46,462 nucleotides of DNA from Verrucomicrobiales bacterium (GTDB lineage Bacteria; Verrucomicrobiota; Verrucomicrobiia; Limisphaerales; UBA11320), in the NCBI GenBank assembly GCA_003452185.1, contig DMJJ01000214.1, positions 1 through 46,462 of the forward strand, read 5' to 3'. Both the position numbers and the translations under genes were made by a program. The notes beneath the pieces are model-generated. The model was not told the origin of the DNA. It did not search any database and saw only the letters and a program-made list of their open reading frames with translations. Shown here in pieces: positions 10,347 to 19,992 of this stretch (position 1 is its first letter; every line of letters starts with the position of its first letter).

Positions 10347-10364
10347 CCCCGCCCGGGGGCGGGG
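10347..10364. other. Short GC hairpin between the beta-helix gene and the hypothetical gene
   Basis: ccccgcc-cggg-ggcgggg inverted repeat right after the beta-helix stop codon. No U-tract follows. Confidence 0.3.
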
Positions 10365-10365
10365 T

Positions 10366-12468
10366 TCAACGCCGGAACTCGGCGGCCCCCAGATCCCACC
10401 CGAGACCCTGGGGACGAGGGGTGCCGTAGAGGTCGGAGGTCGACCCCAGCCCGAGGAGGAGATCGAGGTCGAGGCCGTGATCGATGGCCGGGCTCTCCGG
10501 CTTCAGGTGGTAGTCGCCGGTCGCCGGGGAGAGAAACCCGGGATCGGCGATAATGCTATGGACATCCAACGCGACGACCCCGCTGTGCCACGACCCGGCG
10601 CAGGCTGCCCCGGGCGGGCATTCGGGCCCCCCGGGGAGCTTCCGCCCGGCCTCCCGGGGGGAGTCAAAGAGGAAGATCGGGCCGCCGGTCCCGGCGTTGC
10701 CCTCCCGGTGCATGTGGACGAGCCCGACATTGCCACGCGGAAACGGCCCCTTCCATCCCGGATCCGGCCCCATCCAGATGCAGTTGTAGTCACAGCGGGT
10801 ATCGCTGGCCCCAAAGAACGGGTCATCGTGAAAGATCCGGATCTGCTGCTGGGTGTGGTTGAAGGCAACGATGTTGTTGAGCACCCGGTTGCGGGCCGCG
10901 GGCCAGTAGGCGCGTCCCCCAAGGGCATTGCGCTCCCGTTCGATCGTCGGCCGGAAGGCGTGCATCGAGATGCCGGCGCTCTCGTCGTCGGTAAACTGGC
11001 GGGGGCCGGTGCGGGCGCGGGTGTTGACCACCGTGTTCCCCACGATCCACCAGTCGCTGCAGGCGTCGGCGTAGATTCCGTAGCGGGTGTTCCCATCGAT
11101 CAGGTTCCCGAGGATCAGGGTGTTGCGGGTCGCCTCCCCCATGATGCCGTAGGTCGTGTTGTCGCGAATGACGCAGTTGCGCACAACCTTGGCAAAGGGG
11201 CTGGGGCTCGTGAGCTCGGAGGCGGTGTCGAACCAGATCCCCGGGCCGTCGTTGCCCGACACCTCGCATCCGTCGATCGTGATCTCCATGCGGTCGTGGA
11301 GCGACAGGTTGGGGATGAACTTCATCCCGCCACAATGGAACGCCGGGTTGAAATGACGGGTGTTGTTCTCGTTCACGCGGCATCCGCTGACAAGAATCCC
11401 GTGGCACCCACCCCCGGCGGAAAGGCCGGAGTTTCCGTTGTGGGAGAGGACACAGTTTTGGACGGTCCCGTGGTCCCAGATTCCAAGGCCGACGCAGTCC
11501 ATCCACTCGATGGTGCATCCGTCAAACAGGCTGGAGTGCCCCGTCTCCATGGCCGAGGAGACAGTCCCCCCGCTCCACATCGAATTGGAGTGCCTGAAGT
11601 GGAGGCCCCGGACGATGAGGTTTCCGTGGTCCCGGGTGGCCCAGGAGTCATCCGCCACCCGGAGGACCGTCGGCCGGGCGCTGATCTCGATCGGCAGCCG
11701 ATTTGGATCGGCCCCATCCTTGAGCCGCAGGAAGAGGGTGCGGCGCTCCACCACCACCCTGCCCCCCTCGACGTGTCCCGCCTCGCGGCAATAGAACGTT
11801 CCAAGGCCCCTGGCCCCCGCCATGTATTGGAGCGAGGTGATCCCGGCATCCCAACGAGACCCGGGAGAGGTCTCGCCGACCGGCATGTCGGGGGGATCGC
11901 ACTTCCCGACCCAGTTGCCAAAGTACCCGGTCGGGTAGCCCAGCTTGGTGAGGGGAGTGCCGGGGTTCGAAACGGCGAAGGCCGGGTTGTCCGGATTCTC
12001 TCCCTCGGCATGAACGAAGAGCTGCTGGACGTTCACGTTCAGGACGCCCGTGTAACGCCAGATCCGCGGAGAGCCTGCCGCAGGGGAGGCCGGAAGCTCG
12101 GGAGCCTCGGCTCGGACCCAAAGCCCGGCGTTGCGGGCCAGGAGGTCGGACCCCTTGATGACCACGGTCGCCCCCTCGGCACTCTGAAGGGTGAGCTTCG
12201 GGCCGTCATTCCTCAGGTCGGGATTCGGGCTCTTGAACAGCGGCGAGGTCGGGATGAAGATCCCCTCGCGATACACCCCGGAGCGGATGATGAGCGTGTC
12301 GCCCGGAACGGCCCCGGCCTGAATCGCCCGCTGGATGGTCTTCCATGGTTGGGCCGCCGTCCCGGCTTGCGCCCCGGTGAAAGACCCATCGACGTGGTAC
12401 ACATTGCCCGCAAGGCCGCCCGTCGCGGTAAGAAACGCGACGACGAGGGGGAGGACCGATCTGAACAT
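10366..12468 (-). CDS. Secreted right-handed parallel beta-helix protein (pectate-lyase-like fold)
   Basis: Signal peptide MFRSVLPLVVAFLTATGGLA. N-terminal GTAAQPWKTIQRA...PGDTLIIRSGVYRE. Asn-rich PbH1 repeats (NDGPGIWFD, NTTYGI). C-terminal DPGF...DYHLKPESPAIDHG...DLGAAEF. Confidence 0.85.
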   Translation of the reverse strand: MFRSVLPLVVAFLTATGGLAGNVYHVDGSFTGAQAGTAAQPWKTIQRAIQAGAVPGDTLIIRSGVYREGIFIPTSPLFKSPNPDLRNDGPKLTLQSAEGATVVIKGSDLLARNAGLWVRAEAPELPASPAAGSPRIWRYTGVLNVNVQQLFVHAEGENPDNPAFAVSNPGTPLTKLGYPTGYFGNWVGKCDPPDMPVGETSPGSRWDAGITSLQYMAGARGLGTFYCREAGHVEGGRVVVERRTLFLRLKDGADPNRLPIEISARPTVLRVADDSWATRDHGNLIVRGLHFRHSNSMWSGGTVSSAMETGHSSLFDGCTIEWMDCVGLGIWDHGTVQNCVLSHNGNSGLSAGGGCHGILVSGCRVNENNTRHFNPAFHCGGMKFIPNLSLHDRMEITIDGCEVSGNDGPGIWFDTASELTSPSPFAKVVRNCVIRDNTTYGIMGEATRNTLILGNLIDGNTRYGIYADACSDWWIVGNTVVNTRARTGPRQFTDDESAGISMHAFRPTIERERNALGGRAYWPAARNRVLNNIVAFNHTQQQIRIFHDDPFFGASDTRCDYNCIWMGPDPGWKGPFPRGNVGLVHMHREGNAGTGGPIFLFDSPREAGRKLPGGPECPPGAACAGSWHSGVVALDVHSIIADPGFLSPATGDYHLKPESPAIDHGLDLDLLLGLGSTSDLYGTPRPQGLGWDLGAAEFRR

Positions 12469-12752
12469 ATGCGTCCCTCCCCTTCGCCTGAACGCCGGGC
12501 AAAGTCAAGGCGGAGCGTGCCTCCCCCGACGGTGTCGCCCGGGCTCTCACGCTCGATCGGTCCCCCGCCACGGGCCCACCTCCCGCCCCGCGCCAGGGTC
12601 GACTCACGCTCCTCCCAGTTCCATCGCAGCGGCGGGGGTGACCTTTTTCTTTCCATGGGGGGCTCCCCGGGGACATAGTCGGTCGGCGGAAGTGGTGGGT
12701 CGTTCCCGGCGCCGCAAGCCGGGATGCCCCCCCTCGCCCGCCGAAGTATCCC

Positions 12753-15700
12753 ATGTCTGCCAATCAGCCCAGGAACCGCTCGCATCCCTCGCCGCGTGCT
12801 TGGTCGAAGCGACCCGGGGACCACGGTGGATGGGCCACCCGGCTGCTCCTCACATTCCTGATCCTGCTCCCCTGCCCCCTTCTCCGCGCCGCCCTGCCTC
12901 CCCCCGCCTCGCCCCCCGTGCTGGAGGAGGTGAGGGATGTGATCCGTCTTGCGCCGGGCGACCTCCTCCGGACCAACCGGGTGTCGTTGACCGGGATCCT
13001 GACCTACCATGATCCGGCCCGGCAGTTGACATTCCTGCAGGATGAAACCGGGGCCTGCGCCCTGAGTCCCAGCCCGCAGAGCCCCGAGTTGCATGCGGGC
13101 GTGCGCGTGCGTGTGGCCGGCGTGGTCGCGAGCTTCGGATCGGGCCGCAGGGTTCACCCGGAACTCATCTCGCCCCTCGGGGAGGGGGATTACCCCGCGG
13201 CAGCCCCTGCGTCCCCCCAGCTCCTGTTCGGCGGCGGACTGGAGGGCCAATGGGTGAGACTGTCCGGCGTTGTCCGGCAGGTGACGACGAACCTCGGCTA
13301 CATCCTCTTCAGGACCGCCGTCAAAGGAGGAGAACTCGAGGGAGTCATCTCCCAAAGCCCCGACATGGGGGGCGACCTGATCCCGGATGCCCGGGTCACG
13401 GTGGCCGGCGTGATCCACTCGACGGAGTGGGATTCAGGGCGCCCGCGCCAGATCCGCCTGTTCGTTCCCGGGTGGACACACCTCACCCTCCAGCCCCCGG
13501 AAGACCGGGACCCGTTCGCCGCTCCGCTCCGAACGATCCAATCGGTGCTCCAGCTCCAGCTCTCCCCCGATTCCGCCCCGTTCAACCGTGTCCGGATCGA
13601 CGGCCTCATCACGGCAAGCTTCCGGGATGGGCTCCTGTATGTCCGGGACGCGCACGATCCCGCGGGCGACATCCGGGTGAGCACCTCGCCGCCGCTGCAG
13701 GCGGAGGTGGGCGACCGGGTTGAGGTGGCCGGATTCCCGCAGTCGCGGGCCCTTGTGGCGGAGTTGGGCGACGCGGTGGTGCAGGTCGTGGGGGGCGGCA
13801 ATGCGCTCCCCGTCCGCGAGATCATCGATTTGGATCCCCACTCCGCGGGCCTTCACGAAGGAGAGCTGATCCAGGTCCACGGCCGGATCCTGGGAAGGGC
13901 GGACCAGGCGAACCGCACGCTTTTCTGGGCCGAGTCGGGCGGGCTCTATTTTGAGGCGGTGCTTCAACATTCAGGGACTCCGGGCAGGCCCCGGGCAACC
14001 AAGGGGAGCCTGGTGGAGTTCACCGGGGTTTGCACCGGAATCCAGGGGGAGGGGCGAGGTCAGGCGTTCCAACTCCTTCTCCGGGATGAGAAGGATCTGT
14101 TGGTCATCGAGGGGGCCACCTGGTTGACCACCCGCAACGGGTTTCTCCTCCTCGGGGGGATGGGGGCCATCCTCATCGCCACCGTGGCCTGGGTCGTCAC
14201 GCTCCGGAGGCGGGTGCGGAAACAGACCGAGCAGATCCGGGAGCGGCTCGAACGGGAGGCCGCATTCGAGACCCGGTTCAGCCAGTTGGTCGATAACGCC
14301 CCGGACCTGATCCTCACCTACGACATCGGCGGCCGGATCCTCTCCATCAACAAGGCCGGGGAGGCCCTCAGCCGCTATTCGCGACGGGAGATCATCGGCA
14401 AAAAGCTGGAGGAGGTGCTCATCGGACCGACCGGCCTGGAGGGGATGATCCCCTACCCTTCGCGCGAGCTGCCGGCGGCGAGCATCGAGCTGAGCCTCCT
14501 CACCCGGACCGGGGAGCGGATCCCGGTGGAAGCCCGCTGGCAGCCGATCGCCGCGGGGGGGCGGCCGACGGAGATGCAGTGCATTGTGCGCGACATCCGG
14601 GAGCGGAAGCGGGCGCAGGAGGCGTTGAGGAAAAGCGAAGAGCACCTGCGCCTCGCCATCGACGCCGCCCAGATGGGAACCTGGGAGTTCCACCCGGCCA
14701 CGGGACAGGTCCACTGGAACAGCTGGGTCTACGAGCAATATGGGGTCACGGAGGGGGCTTTTGGGGGAACGGTCGATGCGGTTCTGGAACACATCCACCC
14801 CGTGGATCGCGAGCACATCCAGCGCACCATCGAGGTCACCTCCCGCACCGGGGAACCCTTTCAGCTGGAGTACCGGATCGTGCGGCCCGACGGCCAGAAG
14901 CGCTGGCGCCTGATGCAGGGGCACGGGTTGCGCGACTCCCTCGGGAACGTGACCCGGGTCATCGGCATCAGCCAGGATGTCACCCCGCGGAAGCAGGCGG
15001 AGCAGGCCCTGCGGGATCGGGAGGAGATCTACCGTGCGATGTTCGAGAAGAACCGGGCCTCGAAGCTCCTGGTCGAGCCCGAAACCGGCGAGATCGTAGA
15101 TGCGAATCCGGCCGCAGCGGGCTTCTACGGGCTTCCGCTTCCCGAACTCCGGAAGATGCGCCTCAGCCAGGTGACCCGGGGGGACCAGGAGGCGCTGAGA
15201 ACGATCCTCCGGCAGGCCCGCGACGGAGAGACGGACTTCTTCCACCTCCGCCAGGTCACCTCCTCGGGGGAGGAGCGGGACGTGGAGGTGTTCGCCGGGG
15301 CCCTTCGGGTCGGGGGGCGTCCCCTGCTCTTCTGCATCGTCCTGGATGTCAGCGACAAGGTGAAGGCCGCGGAAGCCCTCCGGGTGATGAACCAGCAGCT
15401 GGAGGCACGGGTCCAGGAGCGCACAGAGGAACTCCGCCAGCGGATCTCCGAGGTGGAGGGGCTCAACAAGCACACCACCGCCCTCCTCCAGGACCTCAAG
15501 CGCGCGCACCGGGAGACCGCCGCCGCGGCGCGGCAGTCCGAGGCGGCCAATACCCAGCTCCATGCCATCAACCAGGAGCTGGAGGCATTCTCGTATTCCG
15601 TTTCACACGATCTCCGGGCGCCGCTCCGGCACATCGCGGGCTATGTCAGCATCCTGGAGGAGACGCACCTCGACCGGATGGACGACGAGGGAAAGCGCTG

Positions 15701-16307
15701 CCTGGCCACCATTTCCAAGGCGGCCCACCGGATGGCGGAGCTCATCGATGACCTGCTCGCCTTCTCACGGATCGGGAGGACGGAGCTCACCCTCCGGTCG
15801 ATCGATCTGTCGACCGTGGCGCAGGAGTTAATCCGGGACTTCAGCACCGAGTCCCGACACCGCGAGATCGAATGGCGGGTGCAACCCCTTCCGCAGGTGC
15901 AGGGGGATCCTGTCCTCCTGCGACAGGTCCTGTCCAACCTGCTGGAGAATGCCGTGAAGTACACGCGACCCCGCGAGCATGCGGTCATCGAGATCGGCGT
16001 CGTGCCGGGCCGCCCCCAGTCGCCGGCGGACTTGTTTCACACCCTCTATGTGCGGGACAACGGCGTCGGGTTCGACATGGCCTATTGCACGAAGCTCTTC
16101 GGTGTCTTCCAGCGCCTTCACAGCGCCTCCGAATTCGAGGGGACGGGAATCGGCCTGGCGAATGTGCGTCGGATCATCGCCCGCCATGGGGGGCAGACCT
16201 GGGCCGAGGCCGAGCCTGACCGCGGGGCCACCTTCTACTTCACGCTGCCCCGTGAGGCCTCCCAGGCCGCGTCGGCGCGCACGGAAATCCAGTCCATGGG
16301 AGCCTGA
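12753..16307 (+). CDS. Membrane sensor histidine kinase: extracytoplasmic OB-fold-like repeats, TM helix, three PAS domains, coiled coil, HisKA and HATPase
   Basis: H-box ELEAFSYSVSHDLRAPLRHI, N-box NLLENAVKYT, G1 VRDNGVGFD, F-box LFGVFQRLH, G2 GTGIGLA. PAS ends VRDIRERK, QDVTPRK and LDVSDK. TM segment FLLLGGMGAILIATVAWVV. Confidence 0.92.
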   Translation: MSANQPRNRSHPSPRAWSKRPGDHGGWATRLLLTFLILLPCPLLRAALPPPASPPVLEEVRDVIRLAPGDLLRTNRVSLTGILTYHDPARQLTFLQDETGACALSPSPQSPELHAGVRVRVAGVVASFGSGRRVHPELISPLGEGDYPAAAPASPQLLFGGGLEGQWVRLSGVVRQVTTNLGYILFRTAVKGGELEGVISQSPDMGGDLIPDARVTVAGVIHSTEWDSGRPRQIRLFVPGWTHLTLQPPEDRDPFAAPLRTIQSVLQLQLSPDSAPFNRVRIDGLITASFRDGLLYVRDAHDPAGDIRVSTSPPLQAEVGDRVEVAGFPQSRALVAELGDAVVQVVGGGNALPVREIIDLDPHSAGLHEGELIQVHGRILGRADQANRTLFWAESGGLYFEAVLQHSGTPGRPRATKGSLVEFTGVCTGIQGEGRGQAFQLLLRDEKDLLVIEGATWLTTRNGFLLLGGMGAILIATVAWVVTLRRRVRKQTEQIRERLEREAAFETRFSQLVDNAPDLILTYDIGGRILSINKAGEALSRYSRREIIGKKLEEVLIGPTGLEGMIPYPSRELPAASIELSLLTRTGERIPVEARWQPIAAGGRPTEMQCIVRDIRERKRAQEALRKSEEHLRLAIDAAQMGTWEFHPATGQVHWNSWVYEQYGVTEGAFGGTVDAVLEHIHPVDREHIQRTIEVTSRTGEPFQLEYRIVRPDGQKRWRLMQGHGLRDSLGNVTRVIGISQDVTPRKQAEQALRDREEIYRAMFEKNRASKLLVEPETGEIVDANPAAAGFYGLPLPELRKMRLSQVTRGDQEALRTILRQARDGETDFFHLRQVTSSGEERDVEVFAGALRVGGRPLLFCIVLDVSDKVKAAEALRVMNQQLEARVQERTEELRQRISEVEGLNKHTTALLQDLKRAHRETAAAARQSEAANTQLHAINQELEAFSYSVSHDLRAPLRHIAGYVSILEETHLDRMDDEGKRCLATISKAAHRMAELIDDLLAFSRIGRTELTLRSIDLSTVAQELIRDFSTESRHREIEWRVQPLPQVQGDPVLLRQVLSNLLENAVKYTRPREHAVIEIGVVPGRPQSPADLFHTLYVRDNGVGFDMAYCTKLFGVFQRLHSASEFEGTGIGLANVRRIIARHGGQTWAEAEPDRGATFYFTLPREASQAASARTEIQSMGA

Positions 16308-16330
16308 CCCGGCAAGCCGGCCGTCGTGCT

Positions 16331-17482
16331 TCAGTAAAGGATGACAAAACTTCCGTCCGGCCTGGCATAGCAGGCGGCGAAGTTCCACGGGACGATCCCC
16401 GGCCTGGAGCCACTCTCCAGGGTGGCGGCCCCGCCTGCATCGGTCAGCTTCCAGGCGAGCCGTCCCCCGCGCTGCCAGCCCGTTCCCTCGGTCCAGACGT
16501 GGAGGATCTCGCCGTGCCGGTTGACGGCCACCGAGGGGTGCTTGGCACCGGGCCCCGGAGCGATCGCCGTCGGAACGAGCGAAGCCGCTCCGATCTCCAA
16601 CGACTGGATCGAGCCCCGGGTCTCCCAGTCGACCCGTGGTGCCGAATCGACCGATGGAAGGAAGCGGGTCGTGCTCATGGGACAGGAGGCGGTCTCCCAA
16701 TCCTGGAGCAGGCGCGATTGGAAGGAGGCCCCCTGGTCGCGGGATGTCAGCAGCACCGCTTCCCTGTGTGTGCCGTCGCGCGCCGACCGGAACAGTGCGT
16801 GAAGGGTCCCATCCGGTGCGGTTTGGGCGGCCAGCCCGCAACAGCCGCAGACGCCCGACTCCCCGCCGACCGGGCGTTCGGCCTCGAAGGTGCGGCCGTC
16901 ATCCCGCGAACGGGAGAGGAACACGCGCCGATGCGATTCCCCCGGGGCGGATCCAAGGGGGCTTCCATGAAACAGGACGAACACGCCTCCGCCCGGGTCG
17001 GCGGCCACGGCAGCCCCTCCGTCCAGGGAGCCAACCCGGGTCAGGAGGTTGCGTTCCGGCTCAAATCCCGGGCTTCCTGCCTGCATCCGGGAGTAGAGCA
17101 ACGGCGAACCGGCGGGTGCCGTGGGGCGGGCCGTCGCCGACCCGTTCCAGAGCACATGCACCCACCCTCCGCGTCCGAGGGCGACACGGGCCCCGCGCAC
17201 CGTCCCGATGGCGATGCCGCTTCCCGGGCTTTGATTCACCCGGAGCGGGGGGGAGGCCGCCTCCGGGCCCGCGGGAACCCGCCGATAGTAAACGTCCGCC
17301 GCGCCGGGTTCGCCGGAGAGCCAGACCCAATGCGCCGTGCCGGAGGCATCCACGGCCACCTCGGGTTGCAGGCCGCCGGCCGGCAACCGCTCGATCCGGA
17401 TCGTGGCCCCGGGAAGCACCCCCGCGGATCCCAAACCAAGGAGGATCGCGGGAAGCCAGGATGGGAGTTTCATTGGGATCAT
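16331..17482 (-). CDS. Secreted BNR/Asp-box (sialidase-like fold) protein with CGCC and CPM motifs
   Basis: Signal peptide. Asp-boxes SRDDGRTF and SRDQGASF. Motifs VCGCCG and WETASCPMS. The start overlaps the CDF stop codon. Confidence 0.75.
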   Translation of the reverse strand: MIPMKLPSWLPAILLGLGSAGVLPGATIRIERLPAGGLQPEVAVDASGTAHWVWLSGEPGAADVYYRRVPAGPEAASPPLRVNQSPGSGIAIGTVRGARVALGRGGWVHVLWNGSATARPTAPAGSPLLYSRMQAGSPGFEPERNLLTRVGSLDGGAAVAADPGGGVFVLFHGSPLGSAPGESHRRVFLSRSRDDGRTFEAERPVGGESGVCGCCGLAAQTAPDGTLHALFRSARDGTHREAVLLTSRDQGASFQSRLLQDWETASCPMSTTRFLPSVDSAPRVDWETRGSIQSLEIGAASLVPTAIAPGPGAKHPSVAVNRHGEILHVWTEGTGWQRGGRLAWKLTDAGGAATLESGSRPGIVPWNFAACYARPDGSFVILY

Positions 17483-18414
17483 GGGTTGCCGGGCGGCACC
17501 GGAGCGGAGGCGCCGCGATGGGAGACTCCGGCGGGAAGCGCCGGCTCAAGGTGAATCAGCACGTCGAGCACCTGGGGCATCGAGGAGCGGACCGCGTCCT
17601 TCACCTCGTGGGCGATGCGATGGGCTTCGTTGACACTCATTCCCCCATCCACATGAACGTGCATGTCAACGAGGAGCGATCCGCCGGTCTTTCGTACGAT
17701 GCACTTCTCGACAAGGACAACCCCCGCAATCCCCCCGGCCAGCGCGCGGATCCGGTCGATGACATCCTGGTCGGGTGAGGCATCCATCAACTCGTCGAAC
17801 GCTTTCGCAAAAATCACCCACCCGTTCCATGCAATGACCCCCGAGGCCAGCATGGCGGCCACATTGTCTGCCGATCGGTAGTCGGGACCCCCGAGCAATG
17901 CCACCGTGATGCCCACCCCGGCAGCCAGGGAGGTGATGGCGTCGCTCCGGTGGTGCCAGGCGTCGGAGTGCACCGCAACGCTCTCCAGGGCCAGGGCCTC
18001 CCGCATGACATACCGGTAAAGCCCCTCCTTCAGCACGATCACCCCAAGGAGCACCACCAGGGTGAAGGGATGAGGCATGGCCCGCTGAACCGCCGCCCCC
18101 CCCATGGCATGGAACACAATCCATCCCGCGGCCCCCAGGAGGAGGATCCCCACCACGAGGGCTGCCACGGCCTCGGCCTTGCCGTGGCCGTAGGGGTGAT
18201 CGTGGTCGGGGGGTTCCGCGGCCACCACGACAGCCCGCCAGACGATGATCGAGCTGACGACATCGGCCAGGGATTCGACTCCATCGGCCACGAGGGCCGC
18301 GGAATGCCCGAGGATCCCCGCGGCAATCTTGATTGCCGAGAGCGCGGCATTCACTCCCAGCCCGAGGAGGGTGGTTCGGAGGCTTCGATTCAGTCGGTTG
18401 CGGTCCTGAGTCAT
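17479..18414 (-). CDS. Cation diffusion facilitator (FieF/YiiP-like) metal transporter
   Basis: SAALVADGVESLAD, PPDHDHPYGHGKAE, DAWHHRSDA and the C-terminal dimerisation domain (HRIAHEVK...DVLIHLEP). Start reassigned to MTQDRNR at 18414. Confidence 0.92.
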   Translation of the reverse strand: MTQDRNRLNRSLRTTLLGLGVNAALSAIKIAAGILGHSAALVADGVESLADVVSSIIVWRAVVVAAEPPDHDHPYGHGKAEAVAALVVGILLLGAAGWIVFHAMGGAAVQRAMPHPFTLVVLLGVIVLKEGLYRYVMREALALESVAVHSDAWHHRSDAITSLAAGVGITVALLGGPDYRSADNVAAMLASGVIAWNGWVIFAKAFDELMDASPDQDVIDRIRALAGGIAGVVLVEKCIVRKTGGSLLVDMHVHVDGGMSVNEAHRIAHEVKDAVRSSMPQVLDVLIHLEPALPAGVSHRGASAPVPPGNP

Positions 18415-18600
18415 GCGGTTCCCGGGGCCGCGCCGCTCCGGGTCGGCCCACCCTACCCCGGTCCGGGAGGGGAGCGCCAGCGTTTGAGTGTGGAACGGAA
18501 GGAGGCCGGCCGGCGGAGGGCCCCGCCCTTCGACGCGACAACGGACTCTTTTCACCATTCCCTTCCCTGCTCCCTCCAGCGATGATCAACGGCGCCGCCT

Positions 18601-19992
18601 ATGGCAGCACGAGCCTTGAACATCGACTACCACCCCGCCCTCCCGTTCCGGATGGCCGGAGGGGCGACGCTCGCCGCCTACGCCCTGCTGGGATGGTTGG
18701 GACGAGGGGGGCATCCCCCGGGGCTGCCGTTCTATTTTCTACTGATCGGTGTGGCCTGGGGCGGGCTCTGGGTTGCGGTGCGATCGTTTGGGGCCTCTCC
18801 GGCCCGGGGACTGACCGCCGAGGTGGTTGCCTGGGGAATCGCCTTTCGGCTGGTCGGATTTGTCTCATCGCCGGTGATGGAGGATGACTACTACCGCTAC
18901 CTGTGGGATGGGCGGCAGACCGCGCTCCACGGCAACCCTTACGCGACAGCTCCAGGAGCCCATTTCCAGGAGGAGGGGTTGTCGCCCCGGTTTGAGGAGA
19001 TCCTTGGGGGGATCAACTACCCGCATGTGCCGACGATCTACGCGCCAGTCCTGCAGTACCTGTTCGCGCTCGCCTATTGGATGAGCCCGGGCGAGCTCTG
19101 GCCCCTCAAGCTCCTCCTGCTGCTGGCCGACTTCGGCATCGCGCTCCTGATCTGGCAGCTGGGGGGGCGGCGACCGCTGTTGCTGTATCTCTGGTGCCCG
19201 CTCCTCATCCAGGAAGTCGCCTTCACGGCCCATCCCGACATCGCCGGCGTGGCCCTGGCCCTGGGCGCCGTGGCGGCGGCACGGCGCGGCGCCGGGGTCT
19301 GGTGCGGCAGCCTGCTCGGACTCGCCATCGCAACCAAGATTCCCGCGCTTCTCCTCGTCCCGTTCCTGCTCCCGGGGCGGGGTCTGCGGGCCTGGGTGGC
19401 CTGCGGTCTGGCTGCAGCCCTTGCCTATCTCCCGTTCTGGGCCCAGGGGTCCTGGGGTGATCTTCCCACACTCCTCCAGTTTGCCCGCGAATGGGAGTTC
19501 AACTCCGGGGGGTTCGCCCTGCTCAGGTCGGCCGTAGGCCCGGAAGCCGCGGGACCGGCAGCCCTGGCGATCACCGGAGCCGGCATCGGATGCCTCTGGG
19601 CACGGAGGCGACCAGGTCAACCCGTGAGGCTGGACTGGGTCTACGGGTGGTTCTTTGCCTGGAGCGCCGTGGTGCAGCCCTGGTACCTCCTCTGGCTCCT
19701 CCCGTGGGCTGCGTTCCAACCCTCCCGGGGAGCTTGGGCGGCGCTCGCTGCCGTGAGCCTCAGCTACATCACCAACCTGCAGCTCGGGATCTCGACCCCG
19801 GACCTGTTCGCCCATCCCGCCTCGGTTCGATGGGGGGAATACACCCTGGTGGGAATCGCTCTCCTGTTCGATCTGCTCGATCGCAGGCCGTCACGGCCCG
19901 GGGGCCATCCCGTCGCGCGGGGGGGAAGGCAGGTCAACGAGCCGCGGCTCTGCGGGCCGGCTCCAGCACCTCACGCAGCCGCGCCATCGTGA
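18601..19992 (+). CDS. GT-C fold membrane glycosyltransferase (GT87/DUF2029-like)
   Basis: EDDYYRYLWDG...GNPY, INYPHVPTIY, WCPLLIQE...AHPD, WEFN and VQPWYLLW, with many TM helices. Confidence 0.8.
   Translation: MAARALNIDYHPALPFRMAGGATLAAYALLGWLGRGGHPPGLPFYFLLIGVAWGGLWVAVRSFGASPARGLTAEVVAWGIAFRLVGFVSSPVMEDDYYRYLWDGRQTALHGNPYATAPGAHFQEEGLSPRFEEILGGINYPHVPTIYAPVLQYLFALAYWMSPGELWPLKLLLLLADFGIALLIWQLGGRRPLLLYLWCPLLIQEVAFTAHPDIAGVALALGAVAAARRGAGVWCGSLLGLAIATKIPALLLVPFLLPGRGLRAWVACGLAAALAYLPFWAQGSWGDLPTLLQFAREWEFNSGGFALLRSAVGPEAAGPAALAITGAGIGCLWARRRPGQPVRLDWVYGWFFAWSAVVQPWYLLWLLPWAAFQPSRGAWAALAAVSLSYITNLQLGISTPDLFAHPASVRWGEYTLVGIALLFDLLDRRPSRPGGHPVARGGRQVNEPRLCGPAPAPHAAAPS

Noticed and set aside
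8003..12468. NRPS biosynthetic gene cluster
   Set aside because: Only a C domain is present. I found no A, T, TE or KS motifs in any frame nearby and no sign of a frameshifted continuation.
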